Source: Caldivirga maquilingensis IC-167
GTDB lineage: Archaea > Thermoproteota > Thermoprotei > Thermoproteales > Thermocladiaceae
Direction of reading: 5' to 3'
Length of the DNA: 32,000 nt
Assembly (NCBI RefSeq): GCF_000018305.1
Contig: NC_009954.1
Span: 1,230,001 to 1,262,000 of the forward strand
Positions 26,393 to 32,000 of the stretch are shown here, in pieces (within the stretch, counting starts at the first letter, position 1; each line of letters begins with the position of its first letter). The notes beneath the pieces were generated by a model. It searched no databases. It was not told where the DNA came from and saw only the letters and a program-made list of their open reading frames with translations. The position numbers and the translations under genes are program-made.

Positions 26393-26468
26393 GGGCCCGT
26401 AGCTCAGCATGGATTAGAGCGGCGGCCTTCTAAGCCGTAGGACCCGGGTTCAAATCCCGGCGGGCCCG
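26393..26468 (+). tRNA. tRNA-Arg(TCT): tRNA-Arg (anticodon TCT), intron-less, CCA not encoded
   Basis: Hand fold: acceptor GGGCCCG/CGGGCCC, D stem GCTC/GAGC, anticodon stem GCGGC/GCCGT with loop CT-TCT-AA, variable loop AGGAC, T arm CCGGG-TTCAAAT-CCCGG, discriminator G. Confidence 0.93.
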
Positions 26469-26588
26469 CTAACCTCCACTTGAATTTCAATGAGAAGCAA
26501 TTACTGGGATTAGTTTAGTAATGCATTAAGGTTTATTAAGGAACCAATGGATAATCACTGAAATATCTTAATTTTAAAATAAAATTTC

Positions 26589-28445
26589 TCAAATACCTAG
26601 GTATATAATTAGTATTATTGCTATGGTTAAGCCTAGTAGGATGCCGGGGATGGTGTTGGTCTTAGATTCTCTTAATGCGTTAATGGCTTTAGGTATTAGT
26701 GAGCCGGTTATTATTAGGGTGGTTAGTTCGGTGATGAGGCTTAGTATGGGTGAATGGTTGAAGATCACTGCACTAACTAACGTGAGTAGGATCACGGTAA
26801 TCCAGACGCCGGCAATCCTCCTCTTCACTGCTGATGCGAGGTAGAGTAGGGCGAAGAATAATGATAAACCCAAGTAATAATACATGTGCATTGGGAAGTA
26901 GAAGTAACGAAGAATAGTTAAAACACCAAACACTTGAGCCAAACACCAATAAAACACAGACACAGAACCAAACACAACAGCCAAGAAAACCCTAGCGGAG
27001 AAACGCCTAGGTGTGGGGCGTAATGTTATGGGGTTACTTATTGGGTGAAGTTTCGATAAGTGGCGTAACGTCTTGGAGGTACCCTGTGGGGTCGCCATCT
27101 CTATGGGTTTATTTTTAGCATCGATTATTCCTGGGAATACTATGGTGAGGATCCTTCGGGTGTCTGGGTTCAATCCATGTAGGTTGCCATAAATGGGTTT
27201 TTCAACATCAATTCCAGCCCTAATCAAGGCATCTTTAATCCTTTCACTAATCCTCATGATTAACTCCTCATTAACCTGGCAACCCCCTTCCCTAGCCTCG
27301 TTTAGGTAGGTGTTGATGATGTGGCTAACCCCAGATACAAGGGAACTTTCCGTGAAACCTAGTTTATTCCTTGCATAGAATGCTATGAAATTCCTGAGCT
27401 CAGCATCACCCCTAATGAATCTACACTTATTAGGTAGCATAAATACGTTAGGGAATACATGATGCAGCATCATACATAATCCTGGGGAGGCATCCTCTGG
27501 GCATGATCCAGTGACCCCAAGTCTGTTTACCCCTATGGCGTCGAGTTCATTAATAATGTAATTACTAATGACTTCGCCCACCGCTATGCATCCCATTAAC
27601 TCTGCCTTGTTTAATGCCGATGTTAATACTTCAATGGTCTCCTTAATAATGATACCAGGATCCCTAACACCCCTTAACCTCATTAAATGATCCTTATCAA
27701 CAATTAAACCAGGTGCACAATTACCCGGCGATGGCAATGTACCCACGCTAATGGGGTTTTCCCGTATGTTTTTCACACCTTCATAAATCTCACTCAGCAT
27801 GCTGCAGGGATTTAACTCATTATTGAATAGCTTCTCTAATACATAGTACCCATGTTTAGCCAGGTTATTGAGTGTTGGATCTATGGATTTAACACCTAGC
27901 AAATGCTTCATGGAGTATATTAAATAAATGAGCGAGTGATACAGGTAGTAGAAACATTGGTAGGTGTCTGAGAAGGACCCATCATTACCAATGCAATGGA
28001 GGACTGCAGCATCAATATACTTCTTACTCATCTCATCAATGTTAAATCTTTGCTTAAGAGTCGTCATTATATAGGCATCCTCAATAGCGAAGGTCAGGGC
28101 CCTAGCTACATTGGATTGTGGCCTAAGCCAAAGTTCAGGGCAGTTTCTTTGCCTATAATGGGCGAATTCCCTATGCATCAACTCATGTCTAAAAATCTTA
28201 ATCAATTCCTCAAAGCCCTCACTCCTAACATACTGCTCAAGGGCATTTGGATCAATTATTAACGTATCCTGAATCTCCGAGTAAGCCATAATGTAACTCT
28301 CCACAGAACCTGAAGATGCTACAACACACTTAATACCCAACTTAGTACAGGCATCAAATACACAATCCACCGATGAACCCCAAGTACTTAGCCTCTTTAG
28401 GAAGCATTCCCCAAGTTCATTATACACGGAGTTTTCTTGAGACAT
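26589..28445 (-). CDS. Cys-rich membrane-anchored protein with HExxHxxxxH zinc-metallopeptidase-like motif (function unknown)
   Basis: 618 aa. The N-terminal ~480 aa are soluble and contain ...SSGSVESYIMAY..LIIDPNALEQYV...LIKIFRHELMHREFAHY. This HExxHxxxxH context resembles the putative metallopeptidase domain of DUF2201/SprT-like proteins. I count 15 Cys. The C-terminal ~130 aa carry about 5 hydrophobic helices. The start lies 285 nt from the first CRISPR repeat, and the gene is divergent from the array. Confidence 0.7.
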   Translation of the reverse strand: MSQENSVYNELGECFLKRLSTWGSSVDCVFDACTKLGIKCVVASSGSVESYIMAYSEIQDTLIIDPNALEQYVRSEGFEELIKIFRHELMHREFAHYRQRNCPELWLRPQSNVARALTFAIEDAYIMTTLKQRFNIDEMSKKYIDAAVLHCIGNDGSFSDTYQCFYYLYHSLIYLIYSMKHLLGVKSIDPTLNNLAKHGYYVLEKLFNNELNPCSMLSEIYEGVKNIRENPISVGTLPSPGNCAPGLIVDKDHLMRLRGVRDPGIIIKETIEVLTSALNKAELMGCIAVGEVISNYIINELDAIGVNRLGVTGSCPEDASPGLCMMLHHVFPNVFMLPNKCRFIRGDAELRNFIAFYARNKLGFTESSLVSGVSHIINTYLNEAREGGCQVNEELIMRISERIKDALIRAGIDVEKPIYGNLHGLNPDTRRILTIVFPGIIDAKNKPIEMATPQGTSKTLRHLSKLHPISNPITLRPTPRRFSARVFLAVVFGSVSVFYWCLAQVFGVLTILRYFYFPMHMYYYLGLSLFFALLYLASAVKRRIAGVWITVILLTLVSAVIFNHSPILSLITELTTLIITGSLIPKAINALRESKTNTIPGILLGLTIAIILIIYLGI

Positions 28446-28729
28446 CCCACAACCACCTGGGGAACACGGGGGTTGTGTTGGTTTGTGGTTTTATTCTTGT
28501 TTGTGATTCCTGTCTTCTTTCATTGAGTCAAATATATATTCTATATATTGTCATTGGCACAGTTTCATTGTCATTCTTCATTTCTTTCAATTAGCACAAC
28601 CATTAGGGGGCTTCATTACACCATCAGCACAGGAATGTGAGTGCACAGAATGGTGGAATGGTTGTGCCAATGATAAACAAAACAGGCAGTAGAGAAAAAC
28701 TTAAAAACCCTAAAAAAGCCAATGTATTA
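28446..28729 (+). promoter_or_regulatory. CRISPR leader / divergent intergenic region
   Basis: An AT-rich 284-bp region on the side opposite the degenerate terminal repeat. It contains the palindrome AATATATA-ttc-TATATATT (28531-49), the direct repeats ATTGTCATT (28549-57 and 28568-76), GCACAG(G)AATG repeats (28626-28652), and a BRE/TATA at 28692-28707. Confidence 0.7.
28692..28707 (+). promoter_or_regulatory. CRISPR array promoter (GAGAAAAACTTAAAAA)
   Basis: A BRE-like purine run plus TATA box ends 23 nt before the first repeat (28730). It is identical over 16 nt to the tRNA-Tyr promoter at 7225-7240. Confidence 0.65.
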
Positions 28730-29356
28730 GAAAATCCCAAAAGGGATTAGAAAGTATGGAACACATGTATAGATAGAGACCTAGAAACCTACACGAGTTG
28801 AAAATCCCAAAAGGGATTAGAAAGTATCCGTTTAGTGTTCCCCTTGCTTCCACGTGGAGGATTCGAAAATCCCAAAAGGGATTAGAAAGTTCCCACTTCC
28901 TTAATGTACTCATAATTTTTTAATTATTTTTTGAAAATCCCAAAAGGGATTAGAAAGTTCTAAATAATTTAATGAATCCTGACACAAGTGACTTAATGAT
29001 TCCTGAAAATCCCAAAAGGGATTAGAAAGTCAAAATTGAGCGCACTAAAGATGGCGGTAGGTAATTAAGGAAAATCCCAAAAGGGATTAGAAAGCAATAT
29101 TATCATGGTTTATGCATAAAGTTACAGGTTCTAGAAAATCCCAAAAGGGATTAGAAAGGTAATTATATATATCACTTAACGTTACTTCGTTAAACGCGTA
29201 GGAAAATCCCAAAAGGGATTAGAAAGCTGATGTATCCATATTTCTGCAGAATAGAGTCCGGTATTTGAAAATCCCAAAAGGGATTAGAAAGTTTCCTTGA
29301 TTATTGACTTGACTACTTTCTCTGTTTCCCCGAAAATTCCAAGAGGGGTTAGAAAG
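28730..29356 (+). CRISPR. CRISPR array: 10 x 25-nt repeat GAAAATCCCAAAAGGGATTAGAAAG with 9 spacers (45, 40, 43, 47, 40, 39, 43, 40 and 40 nt)
   Basis: Repeats start at 28730, 28800, 28865, 28933, 29005, 29070, 29134, 29202, 29267 and 29332. The first nine are identical. The last (GAAAATTCCAAGAGGGGTTAGAAAG) has 3 mismatches, which marks the leader-distal end. The repeat ends in GAAAG like other crenarchaeal repeats and has a palindromic core AATCCC-AAAA-GGGATT. The spacers are unique. Confidence 0.97.
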
Positions 29357-29416
29357 GTAAGGAATAGAAGGTGTGAAAATGCTTAAAAATGATCCTTAAA
29401 GGGGATTAATTCTAGG

Positions 29417-32000
29417 GTGTCTGCTATTGATTTTAAACTAGGTTCAAGGTATGATCCATTGAAGGTTGAGGAGGTGGTGTTGAAGTTCTGGGATGAAGCT
29501 AAGATACCTGAGAAGTGGAGGAGTTTTAAGGGGGAGGGGTTATTCACTTTCCTTGAGGGTCCGCCGACAACTAATGGTTTCCCTCATGTTGGTCATGTTA
29601 GGGGTAGGACGTATAAGGATATTGTGTTAAGGTATATGAGGCTTAAAGGTTACTCGCTTTGGGTTCAGGGTGGTTGGGATGAGCAGGGGTTACCTGTTGA
29701 GATTGAGGTTGAGAGGAGGCTTGGGGTTAAGACTAAGAAGGATATTTTCGATAAGATAGGGGCTGAGCGATTCTCGGAGGAGTGTAATTCACTTGTGGAT
29801 TATTACCTTAAGTACTGGGTTGAGGATGGTACGAAGAGGCTTGGGCTTTGGCTTGATGTTGAACACGCCTATGAGACTAGGAGGCCGTACTACATTGAGC
29901 ATGTTTGGGCATTCATAAAGAACATGCATGAAAAGGGTTTACTCACTGAGGATTACAGGGTATTACCATTCTGTCCAAGGTGTGAGACGGCGCTTAGTGA
30001 TGCTGAGGTTGATCAGGGTTATGAGGATAGGGAGGATCCATCAATATTCGTGAAATTCCCAGTGGATGGTAGTGAGGGTGTGTATTTGGTTATTTGGACA
30101 ACAACCCCCTGGACACTGATTGATAATGAGGCCGTTGCCGTTAATCCTGATGCAGATTACGTACTTGTGAGGGTTAAGGGGAGTAATGGTACTGAGTATT
30201 GGTGGCTTGCCGAGAGGCTTATGCAGAGTGTTCTTAATGCAGCTAATGTTAAGGAGTTTGAGATAGTTAAGAGGGTTAAGGGGAGTGAACTTGAGGGGAT
30301 TAGGTACATTCACGTCTTCCTAAATGAAGTGCCCATTCATAAGACCCACTCAAATGCGCACTACGTTATTGCTGAACCCTTCGTAACCCTTGAGGAGGGA
30401 AGCGGCCTAGTCCACATAGCCCCAGCCCACGGTCCAGAGGACTTTGAGGCGGGTAGGCGTAGGAACCTACCTATTACTAATAGTGTTGAGATAAATGGGG
30501 TATTCAATAGTAATGGCGGGGTCTTCAACGGTATGTATTGGCTTGATGTTAATAGGAGGGTTATTGAGGAGCTTAGGCATAGGGGCCTACTGGCTCATCA
30601 AGGTACAGTGATGCACAGGTATCCGCACTGCTGGAGGTGTGGGACGCCTTTAATATATAGGACTGATAGGCAGTGGTTCATAAGGATATCAAGCCTCAGG
30701 GGCAGTTTAGTTAATGAATTATCTAAGGTTAGGATTATTCCACAAAGCTTAAGGAACAGGTTCGATGACTGGGTAGCCAATATTAGGGATTGGGTAATAT
30801 CAAGGAGTAGGATTTGGGGTACGCCACTACCAATATGGAGGTGTAGGGATGATCCAAGTAAGGTAATGGTAATCGGATCAATAGAGGAGTTGAGGAAGCT
30901 TGCCGTTGAACTACCCAATGTACCTGATGAGAAGCTTATCCACAGACCCTGGATAGATATGGTTAAGTTAAGGACCCCCGACTGCAGTGAGTGGGTTAGG
31001 GAACCCTTCGTTGGTGACGTTTGGTTAGATAGTGGTGTAGCCTGGATAGCCGGTGTTGATGGATTGAGGAATAGGGAGCTTTGGAGTAAACTATACCCCT
31101 ACGACTGGGTCACTGAGGCTGTGGATCAAACCAGGGGCTGGTTCTACAGTCTACTAGCCACCTCAGTGGCCTGGATGGGTAAGGCACCCTACAAAACCAT
31201 ATTGATAACTGGGCACGTGGTGGATAAGTATGGGCAGAAGATGAGTAAGTCGAAGGGTAACGTGATTTGGGCAAGGGACCTCATGAGTAGGTATGGGGCT
31301 GACGTCACTAGGCTTTACCTAGCCTCTAAGGCAGCCCCATGGGAGACCCTGCCGGTTAACCCAGATGAGTTTTCAGGTATTAGGAATATTCTAACTGTTC
31401 TATGGAATAGCGTTAGGTTCGCTGACATGTACATGAGGCTTGATAACTATGACCCAAGGGGGCATAGTATTAATGAGGTTTTACCTAAGGCTAAGAGCGA
31501 GGATAAGTGGATGCTCTCAAGGTACTTCAGTAGGTTAAGTAGGATAACCCAGTACCTTGATGAATTCAGGATTCATGAGGCTGCAAGGGAGTGGATAAGC
31601 CTGATTGTTGATGATGTGAGCCACGGTTACATTAGGCTAATTAGGCGTAGGGTATGGGTTGAGGGGAGTGATGACGATAAGCTAGTAGTCTACACCGTGC
31701 TTTACAACGTGCTTAAGGGTGCAATAGTGATTGGGTCGGTTTTCACACCATTCATAACCGAGTACTTGTACAAGGCCTTCGTTAGGGATGCAGCCGATAG
31801 CGTTCACTTAGCCCCAATGCCGGAGATTAGGCGTGACTTAATTAATGAGAGGCTTGAGAAGGCCTACGACGCAATCTTCGAAGCCTTCTCACTAACAGCC
31901 GCTATTAGGAATAATTTAGGCATTAAGCTTAGGTGGCCGTTGAGTGACATGCAGGTTAAGGTTAAGAATAGTGAAATCACTGAAACAGTGCGTGAATTAC
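29417..32000 (+). CDS. ileS: isoleucyl-tRNA synthetase (N-terminal ~861 codons; 3' end beyond window, hence absent from the ORF track)
   Basis: I translated it by hand from GTG 29417: VSAIDFKLGSRYDPLKVEEVVLKFWDEAKIPEKW...EGPPTTNGFPHVGH (HIGH motif, in frame at 29585), GWDEQGLPVE, HCWRCGTPLIYRTDRQWF, and KMSKSKGN (in frame at 31238-31261, the KMSKS motif). There is no in-frame stop to base 32000. A TATA box cttaaaaat (29382-90) ends 27 nt upstream of the start. Confidence 0.93.
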   Translation, partial: MSAIDFKLGSRYDPLKVEEVVLKFWDEAKIPEKWRSFKGEGLFTFLEGPPTTNGFPHVGHVRGRTYKDIVLRYMRLKGYSLWVQGGWDEQGLPVEIEVERRLGVKTKKDIFDKIGAERFSEECNSLVDYYLKYWVEDGTKRLGLWLDVEHAYETRRPYYIEHVWAFIKNMHEKGLLTEDYRVLPFCPRCETALSDAEVDQGYEDREDPSIFVKFPVDGSEGVYLVIWTTTPWTLIDNEAVAVNPDADYVLVRVKGSNGTEYWWLAERLMQSVLNAANVKEFEIVKRVKGSELEGIRYIHVFLNEVPIHKTHSNAHYVIAEPFVTLEEGSGLVHIAPAHGPEDFEAGRRRNLPITNSVEINGVFNSNGGVFNGMYWLDVNRRVIEELRHRGLLAHQGTVMHRYPHCWRCGTPLIYRTDRQWFIRISSLRGSLVNELSKVRIIPQSLRNRFDDWVANIRDWVISRSRIWGTPLPIWRCRDDPSKVMVIGSIEELRKLAVELPNVPDEKLIHRPWIDMVKLRTPDCSEWVREPFVGDVWLDSGVAWIAGVDGLRNRELWSKLYPYDWVTEAVDQTRGWFYSLLATSVAWMGKAPYKTILITGHVVDKYGQKMSKSKGNVIWARDLMSRYGADVTRLYLASKAAPWETLPVNPDEFSGIRNILTVLWNSVRFADMYMRLDNYDPRGHSINEVLPKAKSEDKWMLSRYFSRLSRITQYLDEFRIHEAAREWISLIVDDVSHGYIRLIRRRVWVEGSDDDKLVVYTVLYNVLKGAIVIGSVFTPFITEYLYKAFVRDAADSVHLAPMPEIRRDLINERLEKAYDAIFEAFSLTAAIRNNLGIKLRWPLSDMQVKVKNSEITETVREL

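Noticed and set aside
26623-28262. Plus-strand ORFs at 26623-26844 and 27996-28262.
   Set aside because: They are antisense to the 618-aa gene. They are short, lack promoters and have poor composition.
28373-28594. 73-aa plus-strand ORF spanning the 5' end of the 618-aa gene and the CRISPR leader.
   Set aside because: It overlaps the start of a much better-supported gene on the other strand and then runs through AT-rich leader DNA. The peptide is low-complexity and hydrophobic, and there is no promoter at the right spacing.
28710-28913. 67-aa minus-strand ORF from the ORF track.
   Set aside because: It lies entirely inside the CRISPR array. Its repeated peptide (NPFWDF) is simply the translated repeat, so it is not a gene.
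26393-29460. A classic tRNA-targeted integrated element (integrase plus att direct repeat) downstream of tRNA-Arg.
   Set aside because: I found no integrase-like ORF and no duplicate of the tRNA 3' half. The only resemblance (GGTTCAAGG at about 29441) is 7 nt and lies inside ileS. I kept only the weaker 'accessory island' observation.
30041-30918. Minus-strand ORFs at 30041-30313 and 30598-30918.
   Set aside because: They are antisense to ileS, which reads through this region in frame with both its HIGH and KMSKS motifs.

Overview
This is a gene-dense archaeal chromosomal segment. It looks crenarchaeal and Thermoproteales-like, judged from an intron-containing tRNA-Tyr with a C1-G72 pair, a thermopsin-like protein, a geranylgeranyl reductase, a TrmB regulator, and BRE/TATA boxes that end about 21-27 nt before start codons (leaderless mRNAs). 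From left to right: (1) a LeuA/homocitrate-synthase-family gene (5' end off-window), leuB-like and leuD-like genes; (2) a class II glutamine amidotransferase; (3) a Zn alcohol dehydrogenase coupled to an MBL-fold-like protein with a degenerate metal motif; (4) hypotheticals and an Ard1/RimI-type GNAT; (5) tRNA-Tyr(GTA) with a 43-nt intron; (6) a diverged IorA-like protein with two 4Fe-4S motifs; (7) an EF-Tu-domain-2 protein without a P-loop, a SAM methyltransferase, an MFS transporter and a PdxA-family dehydrogenase; (8) class II LysRS; (9) a TrmB-family regulator next to a family-5 ABC substrate-binding glycoprotein that has no permease or ATPase genes nearby; (10) a tightly overlapping four-gene unit of two Gfo/Idh/MocA oxidoreductases, a thermopsin-like glycoprotein and a geranylgeranyl reductase; (11) a proline-rich two-domain protein; (12) tRNA-Arg(TCT). 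After tRNA-Arg comes a visibly AT-richer accessory stretch. It holds a 618-aa Cys-rich HExxHxxxxH membrane protein transcribed divergently from the leader of a CRISPR array. The array has 10 repeats of 25 nt and 9 spacers of 39-47 nt, and no cas genes lie in the window. The array runs directly into the promoter of ileS, which is absent from the ORF track because it runs off the right edge. The best candidates for something undescribed are the CRISPR-leader-adjacent metallopeptidase-like membrane protein, the cas-less array whose promoter shares a 16-mer with the tRNA-Tyr promoter, the degenerate IorA-like and MBL-like proteins, and a GC-rich structured intergenic element at about 11.67-11.72 kb. 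All functional calls rest on motif recognition by eye; no database search was possible.
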